A DNA stretch of 64,000 bases from an uncultured Candidatus Saccharibacteria bacterium (GTDB taxonomy: Bacteria; Patescibacteriota; Minisyncoccia; Phycocordibacterales; UBA918), in the NCBI GenBank assembly GCA_964643955.1, contig CAZXUO010000002.1, forward strand, positions 44,691 to 108,690, written 5' to 3'. The position numbers were made by a program, and so were the translations under genes. The notes under the pieces are model-generated. The model searched no databases and was not told the DNA's origin. It was given only the letters and a program-made list of their open reading frames with translations. Below, one piece after another: positions 38,674 to 47,862 of the stretch; the stretch's first letter is position 1, and every line of letters starts with the position of its first letter.

Positions 38674-39699
38674 TTAATTGTCGATGCGGACAGTCTGTGA
38701 GAATGAGTTGTTTGCGAGCTTTGAGTCATCTGATGCGTAGACTGTTGCAGTTGCACGTTCGCTCGAAGAGTCACTTACGTTATCAAACTGAAGCGTGATG
38801 GTCTGGCGTTCGTTTGGCTTGAGGCCCGACTGCATCGCTGAGACATAGTTGTCTTCTGCTTCGGTCGGAAGCTCTGCGCGGAAGTTCCATGCGCCAGAAG
38901 TCTTCGTGCCGATGTTGCGTACTTCAAACTGAAGTGCGCCACGCTCACCCTCTTCAAGCTCAGACTGCTTTACGAAGCGGCCGTTGCGATACTCGCCAAC
39001 ACCAATGAAGGTAACTGCGAGATCAACATATCCGTTTGGATTTGAAACAGGGTATGAGGTCGTCACTACGGGTACCGTGATCACTGTTGTTGGTGTCGTT
39101 GGTTTTGGAGTAGTCGGCTTTGGCGTACTTGGAGTCTCGTCATCGCCACCAGTGTTTGTGTTGGTGGTCACGGTACCGTTGTTCACCGCAGGGTTTGAAA
39201 CGGTGATGATGCCGGTGCGCTCGTATGATTCGTCCTGTGAGTCATCGGCGATAAATGCGATCGTGTAGAGGACGTCAGTAAAGCGATTCTTTTCTGAAGT
39301 AAATGAAACTTTGACCGTGTTGGTCGTTGTTTCGATAATCGCTTCGGTCTCACATGAGAGTGCGCTCATGCCACCAACGTTATCCTCGATGCGTGCAGAA
39401 ATACCGTCTGCACATTGGTATGAGAATGTGTATGTACCGCGCGTCGCAAGGGGAGTCCATGAGAACGTGGTCTCTTTTCCGCTTTCAAGCGTACCTTCGC
39501 TTGATGCAATCGTGAAATCACCACGACGTGTGTGGTCGAGGCTGTCAGCGATCGATGCGAGCGTACGAAATGCTGCAGGAATAAGGCGGACTGCCTGTAC
39601 TGCGAGCCATGCAACGAGAATAATGCCGACGATAAAGCCGATAATAGCGAGCGTCTTGATGACCGCTGTCTTTTGCGGTTCGTTGGTGGTATTGTTCAT
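38674..39699 (-). CDS. Membrane-anchored extracellular protein with Thr/Pro-rich linker (TPKPTTPKPTTPTT) and beta-rich domains
   Basis: N-terminal TM anchor, a low-complexity linker and Ig-like beta segments. Confidence 0.5.
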   Translation of the reverse strand: MNNTTNEPQKTAVIKTLAIIGFIVGIILVAWLAVQAVRLIPAAFRTLASIADSLDHTRRGDFTIASSEGTLESGKETTFSWTPLATRGTYTFSYQCADGISARIEDNVGGMSALSCETEAIIETTTNTVKVSFTSEKNRFTDVLYTIAFIADDSQDESYERTGIITVSNPAVNNGTVTTNTNTGGDDETPSTPKPTTPKPTTPTTVITVPVVTTSYPVSNPNGYVDLAVTFIGVGEYRNGRFVKQSELEEGERGALQFEVRNIGTKTSGAWNFRAELPTEAEDNYVSAMQSGLKPNERQTITLQFDNVSDSSSERATATVYASDDSKLANNSFSQTVRIDN

Positions 39700-39817
39700 A
39701 ACGAAGTGATGCTACCATATTTAGTATAACTTGTCAATAGAGCCATAAAATGGCGTAATGATGGGCGGGAGATTGACAAAAATGCTATAATGATGTATTA
39801 TTTAAGCCATTATTTTC

Positions 39818-40474
39818 ATGCAGTTTCCGCATAACGACAACGCAATGAACGCACTCGCTCACATTCTCGCAAACAAGGCCCGCTTTTTTGCGGCGTTCTT
39901 CGTCGTGTTTGCGGTGACGTATGGTTTTCTTTACGCAATAGATTTTATTCCAGAAGCACCGGCGGAAGAGGAAATTGTGCACAGGGAAGAAATTCCGCGT
40001 GAGCAGATTGTGAATGCCCCCCGCGCGAATGTTGATCCGCATCCAGAACGCATCATCATCGATGCGCTTGGTAAGGATATTGCCGTCCTCAATCCTGAGA
40101 GCCGTGAAATTGCTGATCTCGATGCGGCGCTCCTTGATGGCGTCGTGCGCCACCCTGACTCCGCTGACTTCTCAAAGGATGGCAACATGTTTCTCTTTGG
40201 CCACTCAAGCTATCTTCCCGTTGTATACAATCGAAACTATCAGGCATTCAATGGTCTTCAGGATCTCGTGAAGGGAGACATCGTGCGCGTGCAGTCTTCT
40301 GACACCGAGTATGTGTATCGTGTGACGAAATCATACAAGGTGAAAGCGAGCGAGTCGCAGATCGCACTCGATCATAGCGCCGCAAAGCTCACGCTCGTGA
40401 CGTGTAACTCATTTGGATCAAAGGATGATCGCTTCGTAGTCGAAGCTGAGCTCGTCGATACAAAATCGCTTTAG
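39818..40474 (+). CDS. Sortase-family transpeptidase
   Basis: N-terminal anchor, catalytic LFGHS and LTLVTCN (TLxTC) motifs. Confidence 0.75.
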   Translation: MQFPHNDNAMNALAHILANKARFFAAFFVVFAVTYGFLYAIDFIPEAPAEEEIVHREEIPREQIVNAPRANVDPHPERIIIDALGKDIAVLNPESREIADLDAALLDGVVRHPDSADFSKDGNMFLFGHSSYLPVVYNRNYQAFNGLQDLVKGDIVRVQSSDTEYVYRVTKSYKVKASESQIALDHSAAKLTLVTCNSFGSKDDRFVVEAELVDTKSL

Positions 40475-40494
40475 AACGCAATTTGCTGAGGGAA

Positions 40495-40524
40495 AAACAC
40501 GGCCGCGCTTCGCGCGGCCGTGTT
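40495..40524 (+). terminator. Intrinsic terminator after the sortase gene
   Basis: aaaaacacggccgcgcttcgcgcggccgtgtt. Confidence 0.6.
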
Positions 40525-40527
40525 AGT

Positions 40528-41787
40528 ATGTGCGAAATGGCGAAGTCAAACGTTGCGCCGCGACAAAATAGAAAGAAATATTTTCTCATCGGCCTCACAC
40601 TTGCGTGCGTGGTAGCGGGTGCGTATTGGTATGCGCTCGCTGCGTGGAAAGCAGGCGATCTATGTCTTGCGCCAGAAGGCGTACAGCCTGAAGACGTGCT
40701 CTTTACCGATGCGGATGCATTTCGTGCATTTGCGGGTGATCTTCGTAGTGGCGCGCGAGCGCAGCTCGCGCGCCAGTTTGACCCGCAGACCGGCTTCTTC
40801 CGCTACTCCGACACGCCAGGCGGCGAGACCTCCTCGGGCAACAACGACATCCGCCAATTGCTCGCATCGCGCGTCGTCGCACTCGAAAGCCATGCGGATG
40901 AAGCGATGCTTGCGATCCATGATGCAAATCTCGCTGCCATTATGCGCAACTGGTACCAAGAAGATGCGAGTGCAGGCTTTGTGTTTGCTGATGAGAAATC
41001 AAAGCTCGGTGCAAACGCGATGCTTCTACGTACGCTCGTTGCGAGTCCGCACTTTGAATCATATCGAGATGAAGCAGAGAAACTCGTGCGCAGTATCGAG
41101 CTTCTGCAAGCGCCTGATGGATCATTCTCATCACCGTGGTATCGCGAGCCGGACTACGAGTATGATGCTGACTACTTGTTGACCTTCTACTCGGGCGAAG
41201 CGATTCTTGCGCTCATGGAGTATGTCGAGAAAACTGAAGATGCTCGTGCGTATGCCACCGCAGTCCGCGCTCAGGATTTTTACATCACGCACTACGTCAC
41301 TGATCTCGAAGAGAATTATTATCCTGCGTATGTGCCGTGGCATACCGCATCGCTCGCACTGCTCTACGAACGTACAAAAAATAAAAAGTATGCGGATGCA
41401 GTCTTTGTACTCAACGACAAGCTCTTAGAGATACAAGATACCGAACGTTTTGTTGGTCGTTTCTATAATCCTGCGACGCCGCAGTACGGCACACCGCATG
41501 CATCGTCTGATGCGGTCTATACTGAAGGACTCGCGTATGCGTACGGTGTTGCAAAGGCGGTGGGCGATGCAGCGCGTATCGCGCGCTATCACGACGCAAT
41601 CGTGCTCGGTGTACACAATCTGGAGAGTCTCCGGTATGAGCCACGCTTTTGGTATTTTGATGATGGGGAGGCGAGCGAGCGCTTGCGCGGCGGCATTATG
41701 ACCAATGCGTGCAGCAGGTGGATTCGTATTGATACGACCGCACATGCGATCGACGGACTGACCAAAATCCTCGAGGTGTGGGAATAA
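40528..41787 (+). CDS. Hypothetical membrane-anchored extracytoplasmic protein (~420 aa)
   Basis: The track start at 40483 is TTG inside the terminator hairpin; ATG 40528 is preferred. N-terminal TM helix. No recognisable motif. Confidence 0.45.
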   Translation: MCEMAKSNVAPRQNRKKYFLIGLTLACVVAGAYWYALAAWKAGDLCLAPEGVQPEDVLFTDADAFRAFAGDLRSGARAQLARQFDPQTGFFRYSDTPGGETSSGNNDIRQLLASRVVALESHADEAMLAIHDANLAAIMRNWYQEDASAGFVFADEKSKLGANAMLLRTLVASPHFESYRDEAEKLVRSIELLQAPDGSFSSPWYREPDYEYDADYLLTFYSGEAILALMEYVEKTEDARAYATAVRAQDFYITHYVTDLEENYYPAYVPWHTASLALLYERTKNKKYADAVFVLNDKLLEIQDTERFVGRFYNPATPQYGTPHASSDAVYTEGLAYAYGVAKAVGDAARIARYHDAIVLGVHNLESLRYEPRFWYFDDGEASERLRGGIMTNACSRWIRIDTTAHAIDGLTKILEVWE

Positions 41788-41807
41788 TTCCACCACATTT
41801 TTCTATA

Positions 41808-41835
41808 TTGACAAATCCCCATTTTCGTGTATAAT
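41808..41835 (+). promoter_or_regulatory. Consensus sigma70 promoter TTGACA-N16-TATAAT at the left edge of the GC-rich island
   Basis: ctatattgacaaatccccattttcgtgtataat. Confidence 0.55.
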
Positions 41836-41892
41836 CTCGCCCAGACCGATCGTTGACACGATCAGGTAAATCAACAGAAAGAGAGGCTTCAA

Positions 41893-42792
41893 ATGGTCCG
41901 TTTCTTCTTGTCGCTCATCGCGCTCTGTGCGATGGCGACCGCGTCGCTGGCCCAGAAGCCGGTGACGTACTCGTTCGGACAGGAGCCGGTCTTCGAGACC
42001 GGTCCGGTCTCGGCGTATCGTCCTCCGACCACTGGCGAGCTTCCCGTTCGCGAGTGGGATCCGCGGACGGACGCGACGCGTGAGGTGATGCGTCACCTCA
42101 ACGCGACCGTCTGTCCGACTGCGCGCACGTTCGTCGACTGCTGGGCCGAGGCTCCGCCTCGCGCCGGCAACAAGAACGTTAAGCAGGGCTTTATGGTGTT
42201 CACGGTGATCGCCTACGAAGGTGGTCGCGGCAGCATCATGAACCGTATGCTCGCCGGCAAGCTGCCGGCCGAGTACGGTGGTGCGCTCTGGCAGGCGAGC
42301 GCGGACGCCGCATCCGGCATTTTCCGTGCCGATTGCGACGCAGCGTTCGTACGCTTCACCAACATGCGGGTTGCGGTTCCGAAAGGGCCGTACCCGGTGA
42401 TCGGCTGGCATGGCCAGGTGCGCGAGAGTGTCTTCATCGACACGGTCGCGCGCGAGGACAGCAAGCTGGGGTACGGCGTGCCGTCGACCATGGTGCGTAT
42501 GCACCGCGGTCAGGCGCTCCTCGCTGTGCCGGAGATCATCTTCGCGAATCGGGCCGACAACCCGATCGGGCAGGTGAACATCTTCCACGGCGGAAAGGAT
42601 AACTCGCTTCTGCATCTTCCGCAGGGCGCGGCTGGCCTCTTCACTATTCCGGCAAGTGGATCGCGCGAGAATGACTTTCTTCGTGCGATCCGCGAGACAG
42701 GAATGCTGCGGATCGCGGCGATCGTCGAGAAGGGCGTATGCCCGCGTTTCGACTTCGCCAACTTCCGCGTCAACCAACCCCAGAGGAGGTGA
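41893..42792 (+). CDS. Secreted protein (Sec signal peptide) of unknown function, GC-rich island gene 1
   Basis: MVRFFLSLIALCAMATASLA signal peptide with RBS AGAGAGG. GC3-rich codon usage is distinct from flanking genes. Confidence 0.55.
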   Translation: MVRFFLSLIALCAMATASLAQKPVTYSFGQEPVFETGPVSAYRPPTTGELPVREWDPRTDATREVMRHLNATVCPTARTFVDCWAEAPPRAGNKNVKQGFMVFTVIAYEGGRGSIMNRMLAGKLPAEYGGALWQASADAASGIFRADCDAAFVRFTNMRVAVPKGPYPVIGWHGQVRESVFIDTVAREDSKLGYGVPSTMVRMHRGQALLAVPEIIFANRADNPIGQVNIFHGGKDNSLLHLPQGAAGLFTIPASGSRENDFLRAIRETGMLRIAAIVEKGVCPRFDFANFRVNQPQRR

Positions 42793-42793
42793 C

Positions 42794-43471
42794 ATGACGG
42801 AGATGGGACGGCGGAGTTTCATCCGCCTCTCGGGCGCAGCACTCATTGGAGTTGCTGTGTCCACGAGCTTCGGCTCCGGCGCGGTCGCGCAGGAACCGAA
42901 GCTCGGGTCGCTTCCGAAAGGAGCAACCCCTCACGTATGGCGCGCCTCCGAATGGGGGGCCGCGCCATACATCGAGCGGCAGGACTTGCTCCGAAAGGAG
43001 ATGAGTTCAGGCCGCATCCACGCGGCGCTCTCGCAGTTCGCTGCCGAGGCCGATCGGCTCTATCGGGAGAATCCCGAGGAGTACGACGCGGTGCGGCAGC
43101 AACTTTCTCTCGACCGTGAGCAGTTCGCGGATGAGGTGGCAGATGGTTTTTGGGGGGAGGCTCCGCTTCTCTTCGAAATCTTTGACCTGCCACAGCATTC
43201 GCAGGTTGAACTTATCGGCCATGGCGAGCACTTCGACCGGCAGATGTTTCGTGGCGGCAAGGTCGTCCAGAACGTCGTCGCAGATCGAGGTGGCCTTCGG
43301 TACGGTACGTCCGATCGGGCGTTCGTACTGACTGGCGGTGCGATGCGTATCGCCATTCCAGGGGTGTGCGGAAACGTGTCGCTCCAGAAGGTGAGACGTG
43401 GACAGGCCGTCTGTGTGCCGTTGCCCAAGGGCAAGCCACAGACGGTCGCTGACGCCCTTCGTCGAGCCTGA
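42794..43471 (+). CDS. Tat-exported protein (twin-arginine signal RRSFIRLSGAALIGVAV) of unknown function, GC-rich island gene 2
   Basis: Strong RBS GAGGAGGT. Canonical S/T-RR-x-F-L-K-like Tat motif. Confidence 0.55.
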   Translation: MTEMGRRSFIRLSGAALIGVAVSTSFGSGAVAQEPKLGSLPKGATPHVWRASEWGAAPYIERQDLLRKEMSSGRIHAALSQFAAEADRLYRENPEEYDAVRQQLSLDREQFADEVADGFWGEAPLLFEIFDLPQHSQVELIGHGEHFDRQMFRGGKVVQNVVADRGGLRYGTSDRAFVLTGGAMRIAIPGVCGNVSLQKVRRGQAVCVPLPKGKPQTVADALRRA

Positions 43472-43510
43472 TCGTGAAGAAAAGAAGGGTGCCTACGGGT
43501 GCCGAAACTT

Positions 43511-43544
43511 GCGCGGGGACCCCTAGGGGAACCCGCGCTTTTAT
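43511..43544 (+). terminator. Intrinsic terminator between island genes 2 and 3
   Basis: gcgcggggacccctaggggaacccgcgctttt. Confidence 0.6.
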
Positions 43545-43545
43545 A

Positions 43546-43574
43546 TTGACAATTTTATACTGATATGCTATAAT
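43546..43574 (+). promoter_or_regulatory. Consensus sigma70 promoter TTGACA-N17-TGcTATAAT, followed by a ~105-nt leader
   Basis: tatattgacaattttatactgatatgctataat. Confidence 0.55.
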
Positions 43575-43682
43575 ACAAATGTTAGGAGGTGTCTGTACAA
43601 AACGCTCTCGGGCGTAATTTTGTGTAGATATCTCCTCGCAGGTGCGTGGAGAGTTCATCGAAAATTCTAGAAGGAGAGAGAC

Positions 43683-44411
43683 ATGCGCTTTTTCAATCTG
43701 GTTGCGACGTTCGTCGCGGCCCTTGTGCTCGCCGCCTGCGTCAGCAGCGGTTCGGGCAACAAGTCGTCGACGAGCTTTTTCGGAAGCTCGCCGACGCGCG
43801 TCGCCGACTTCAAGGTCGGCGAGCGTGTCGAGTACGACAAGGGGAGGTGGTTCCACCTCGAGCTGATGGCGCTCGACGACGCGCCGATCGGCCAGGCGAT
43901 CCTCGAGAACCGGCCGAACCCGGTGATGGTGGCGAAGAAGGAAGATCGCGCGGCGCGCGGCGCCCGGGAGTCCTACAAGCAGGACTACCCCGAGAGCCGG
44001 CACATGGACTTGCTCGACGGTGTGTCGAGCAAGTTCGGTCTTCTGCGGTTCGCGCCGCAGGGCTGCGTCGTCGATGTCGTCGTCCGTGGCATCGACGCGT
44101 CGAGCGTCGGCGAGACGGCCGTCCTCATGACGGGTCAGCGTTTCGTCGGGACGATCCGTCCCGACCGCGATGGTTCGCATATGGTGACCTTCAAGGACGT
44201 TCGCGTCCGCGAGATCACCACGCTGCGGCTGCCGCACGAATGGGGCGACCGCCCCACGGTGACGCTGGTCGCCAAGACCTGTCGGGTGATGAATCCTGGC
44301 AGCGACGGCAAGCATGTCACCGCGTCGTTGCGCCACCGGCGTGACAACGTCGGTATGCCGCTCGGCCTGCTCATCCGCTCCGCGGGTGCGCAGGCCGCCG
44401 ACCGCAACTAG
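43683..44411 (+). CDS. Lipoprotein (lipobox LAAC) of unknown function, GC-rich island gene 3
   Basis: MRFFNLVATFVAALVLAAC signal and lipobox. RBS AGGAGAGAGA. Confidence 0.55.
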   Translation: MRFFNLVATFVAALVLAACVSSGSGNKSSTSFFGSSPTRVADFKVGERVEYDKGRWFHLELMALDDAPIGQAILENRPNPVMVAKKEDRAARGARESYKQDYPESRHMDLLDGVSSKFGLLRFAPQGCVVDVVVRGIDASSVGETAVLMTGQRFVGTIRPDRDGSHMVTFKDVRVREITTLRLPHEWGDRPTVTLVAKTCRVMNPGSDGKHVTASLRHRRDNVGMPLGLLIRSAGAQAADRN

Positions 44412-44611
44412 TCGCGGCCGTTGACGGACGCTGGGGAGGCGGGTATGGTGTACTCGTCTCCCCAGAGCTCCTTCTGTTCTTCATCTCTCCCTCATGCGAG
44501 GAAGAGCTTATTTGTTAGAAAGCAGAATCATGACAATCACTTCGATTGTCATCACTTGCTTCTTTGCAAAACAAAGGAGGTGTTACAAAAATTATAAATA
44601 GTATTTACGTT

Positions 44612-47143
44612 ATGAACGTTATTCAGAATGCTGTTGCGTACGTACAGTCACACAAGAAGCTGATTATTATCGGCGCTTTTCTCGTGTCTGTGTATGCAGT
44701 AGGTGCGGTGACGATCCCGTACTCAAACATCCACGTCTCATTTAATGACGATGGTTCTATCGCGCTCGCCGAAGGTGGCGACGGAGACGGAGATGGTGAC
44801 GGTGATGGAGACGGAGATGGTGACGGTGATGGAGACGGAGATGGCGGAACAGGAACTGGTACCGACGGCGGCGGAGGCTGCTGTGGTGGTGCTGATAGTC
44901 CTGGTGATACTGGCGGAGATGAAGGTCCTGATGCTTCACCAACACCAGATCCAGAACCAACACCAGAACCTACACCAGAACCAACACCTGAAGACCCTGG
45001 TCCTACACCAGACAATGGTCAGTATGGTGGATATGAGGAACCATACGTTCCGTATGTTCCTCCATATGAGCCCGGATGTACCTATGACTGTGATCCAGGT
45101 GATGGAGACGGCGACGGAGATGGTGATGGAGACGGCGATTGTACATACAACTGTAATCCTCCAACCTGTACCCATAACTGTAATCCTCCACACTACGAGA
45201 AGCCATTCTGTACACTTTCTGCTTCTCCAAAGAATATTGAGAAAGGAGATTACTCAACACTCTACTGGACGACACACAACGCAACGCACGGTTCTATCAA
45301 CAACGGCGTTGGTTCAATGACACCTATTAAGAATGGTTCACGCGAGGTTTCTCCGTACCAGACGACTACCTACACCGCAACGGTGTATGGAAAGGGTGGT
45401 AGCGCAAACTGTTCGGTAACCATCAAGGTGTACACACCTCCAGTTAAAAAGACTCCAAGCTGTGAGCTTGCGATCTCAGTTCACTCAATCAAGAAGGGTG
45501 AGAGCGCACGCGTAGATTGGGATGCTCAGAACATCGAGCGCGTTGTTATCAAGGCAATCTCTGCTGACGGAACGTCAACAGTAAAGGATACAAATGCACT
45601 CTCTGGTTCATTTGTTGTAACACCTCAAAAAGATACAACGTACAAGGGTATTTTCTCAGGAAAGCACGGAACCGTTGAATGTGAAGATGATATTACGGTA
45701 ACTAAGAAGCCAGACGACAAGCCGCTTCGCTGTGATCTCTTCCGCGCAAATCCTTCATCAATCGATGAGGGCGATGAGACAACTCTCACATGGGAGACGA
45801 CCGGCGCAACGTCAGTATCGATCAACAACGGTGTTGGCTCAGTCTCACAGGATGGTGATACCGATGTCCGCGTCTACGACGATACGACCTACACACTCAC
45901 GGCTCGCCGTGGAAATGACGAGGTGACCTGTACGACATACGTAGAGGTCGATGAAGATGAGGATCGTGATCCAAAGAACCCACGCTGTGAACTCTTCCGC
46001 GCTGACGATACGAACATTCGTGCCGGTGAGCGTGTTGAGCTCCGTTGGGAGACAAAGAACGGCAAGCGTCTTATTATCGAAGACAGCCGTGGAAACGAGA
46101 TTGTTGATACTCGTGATGACGATGAAGTCGACGAAGGCGAAGTAAACGTACGCCCAACCCGCGATACCCGCTACACCCTTACGGTGGAAAATGGTAACGA
46201 TGAGGATGAGTGTACGGTCCGCGTGAATGTGGAGGATCAGAAAATCACGGTCATCACAGATCGCGATCAGCAGCCACTTACGTACATCTCACTTACTGAG
46301 GTGCCGTACACTGGCTTTGACGCTGGTCCATTCCTCACGAGCGTCTTCTACACGATTCTCGCACTCTGGAGCGCCGCAGTCGCATACATGCTCGTGATCA
46401 AGAAGGGCGCAATCTTCGGATACGCACTTCCTGCAGGTCTCGCACGCATCCGCGATGAGGTAATGGCTCCACGCGCAGCTGCACCAGTTGCCGCTTCAAC
46501 CGCAGCTCCGGCGCACGCATACGGCGCAACGATCATCGACGAGGTGATTGGCGAGAAGGAAGGTGTACATCTCGAAGAGATGGCACATCAGCACAATGTA
46601 CTCCTCTCATCAGACGCAATCCGCCTCATCATTGATCAGGCAGATTCTGACGAGGAAGAGGTAGAGCTTCTCGATGCAGTCATCGCACGCGCAAAGGAAG
46701 CATATCCACGCGAAGACGGCTGGATCGTTATCAACCGCGCACGCATCGCTGAACTCTTTGCAGATGAACCTGCGACAGAGGAGGTAGTGCCCGCAGCTGA
46801 AGAGATTCCCGTTGTTGCACCAGTAGAGGAAGTGATTGTTCCAACAAACACCCTCGCTGAAGCAATCCTCGCAGGCAACATTGTAGGTGCATACGCAGCG
46901 CTCGGTGAGAACGCAATGTTTGCACTTGCAGACGCCGCAGCTGATCTCGATGCTGTCTACCGCGCACGTCGTGGTGAGGCACAGGAAGTATCAGCAGCAC
47001 TTACACGTTCTGCAGCACGACTTTCAGATGCACAGCTCGAAGGTGTAGTCGCTGCGCTCACGAGCGCAATTGACGGCACCTACGCAGACGAAGCATCTGC
47101 CGTAAAGCTTGCAGTCCTCAAAGCGATTAAGACGGTTGCGTAA
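44612..47143 (+). CDS. Large Cys-rich surface protein with N-terminal anchor, (GD)n and PEPT low-complexity tracts, repeated ~100-aa beta domains and a C-terminal TM/Ala-rich region
   Basis: (GD)17 is encoded by an imperfect GGNGAY hexanucleotide tract (44757-44850), with a second (GD)n at 45100-45140. Repeated C..L.W.T....V.IN.GVG domains. The start is ambiguous (TTG 44546 or ATG 44612; the RBS at 44575 is poorly spaced). Confidence 0.55.
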   Translation: MNVIQNAVAYVQSHKKLIIIGAFLVSVYAVGAVTIPYSNIHVSFNDDGSIALAEGGDGDGDGDGDGDGDGDGDGDGDGGTGTGTDGGGGCCGGADSPGDTGGDEGPDASPTPDPEPTPEPTPEPTPEDPGPTPDNGQYGGYEEPYVPYVPPYEPGCTYDCDPGDGDGDGDGDGDGDCTYNCNPPTCTHNCNPPHYEKPFCTLSASPKNIEKGDYSTLYWTTHNATHGSINNGVGSMTPIKNGSREVSPYQTTTYTATVYGKGGSANCSVTIKVYTPPVKKTPSCELAISVHSIKKGESARVDWDAQNIERVVIKAISADGTSTVKDTNALSGSFVVTPQKDTTYKGIFSGKHGTVECEDDITVTKKPDDKPLRCDLFRANPSSIDEGDETTLTWETTGATSVSINNGVGSVSQDGDTDVRVYDDTTYTLTARRGNDEVTCTTYVEVDEDEDRDPKNPRCELFRADDTNIRAGERVELRWETKNGKRLIIEDSRGNEIVDTRDDDEVDEGEVNVRPTRDTRYTLTVENGNDEDECTVRVNVEDQKITVITDRDQQPLTYISLTEVPYTGFDAGPFLTSVFYTILALWSAAVAYMLVIKKGAIFGYALPAGLARIRDEVMAPRAAAPVAASTAAPAHAYGATIIDEVIGEKEGVHLEEMAHQHNVLLSSDAIRLIIDQADSDEEEVELLDAVIARAKEAYPREDGWIVINRARIAELFADEPATEEVVPAAEEIPVVAPVEEVIVPTNTLAEAILAGNIVGAYAALGENAMFALADAAADLDAVYRARRGEAQEVSAALTRSAARLSDAQLEGVVAALTSAIDGTYADEASAVKLAVLKAIKTVA

Positions 47144-47198
47144 TACGCACGTCTTCTGACACTGGCTGAGACTCGCTCAGATTGAGCGGGAATCACCA

Positions 47199-47230
47199 CA
47201 AAAAACCGCCCCTCACGGGGCGGTTTTTTG
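47199..47230 (+). terminator. Intrinsic terminator
   Basis: aaaaaaccgcccctcacggggcggttttttg. Confidence 0.85.
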
Positions 47231-47310
47231 TTCATCTGGACTTTATGTGAATTTCGATATACTCTCTATGTCTTATTGAGGTTATACTGTGGATAGTTAT
47301 ACATGCGTGT

Positions 47311-47439
47311 ATGTTCGGTATTTTCAAGAATAAAAAAACAAATGTTGTAGTACCTGCACGGCAGGAAAAGATTGAGCGTGGCGCTAAAGATTTTGCTGCG
47401 CGTTTTGAGGATGTAATGAAGGAGTTGGCAAATGGTTAA
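47311..47439 (+). CDS. Small 42-aa ORF translationally coupled (ATGGTTAA overlap) to the downstream 141-aa gene; AT-rich cassette
   Basis: MFGIFKNKKTNVVVPARQEKIERGAKDFAARFEDVMKELANG. Its stop overlaps the start of 47432. It is absent from the track only because it is under 60 aa. Confidence 0.3.
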   Translation: MFGIFKNKKTNVVVPARQEKIERGAKDFAARFEDVMKELANG

Positions 47440-47857
47440 CTATATTTATCCGACCGAAGACGATTTCAGATTATTTGTAAAGATACTTCAGGAAGGGGAA
47501 TATACGATTAACAAGTATCTTCCTGCGATTAGTGAAGATTGGTTTAAGTCAGTTAGTGAATGTACTGAATACGTACGTCAGACTTCATCGTACACTCAGC
47601 ATACATTCCACGAAGAGTGTGCGCGAATCTTGTATAAAGTAACTAAAAAGCACGAGCTCGCAGACTCAAATAAACGTTCTGCACTTATGTCAGTAATTCT
47701 CTTTTGTCTAGTAAATGACTATAGAGTCGAAAATCCGGACGAACTAAAACGACAGGCACAGCGTATTGCGCGTACAAAGGGCAGAAATAATGAAGATGTG
47801 GTTCGCGCGCGGGTCGCTGAATGCCTAGCTGATTTTATTCTCCCTTCGCAAAAATAA
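47432..47857 (+). CDS. Hypothetical 141-aa protein in an AT-rich cassette
   Basis: RBS AAGGAG. No recognisable motif. Confidence 0.45.
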   Translation: MVNYIYPTEDDFRLFVKILQEGEYTINKYLPAISEDWFKSVSECTEYVRQTSSYTQHTFHEECARILYKVTKKHELADSNKRSALMSVILFCLVNDYRVENPDELKRQAQRIARTKGRNNEDVVRARVAECLADFILPSQK

Positions 47858-47862
47858 GAAAC

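Noticed and set aside
43575-43685. Resemblance of the island gene-3 leader (tctagaaggagagagacATG after a perfect consensus promoter) to engineered expression-vector RBS regions
   Set aside because: The similarity is short and generic (XbaI-like hexamer plus Shine-Dalgarno). There is no vector backbone, and without database search an artificial origin cannot be supported. It is noted only as a reason to check assembly integrity.
41803-44336. Long minus-strand ORFs (353 aa and 374 aa) across the GC-rich island
   Set aside because: High GC suppresses stop codons in all frames. The + strand ORFs have RBSs, signal peptides, a lipobox and Tat motif, plus promoters and terminators in + orientation. 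The minus ORFs are Arg/Pro-rich nonsense.
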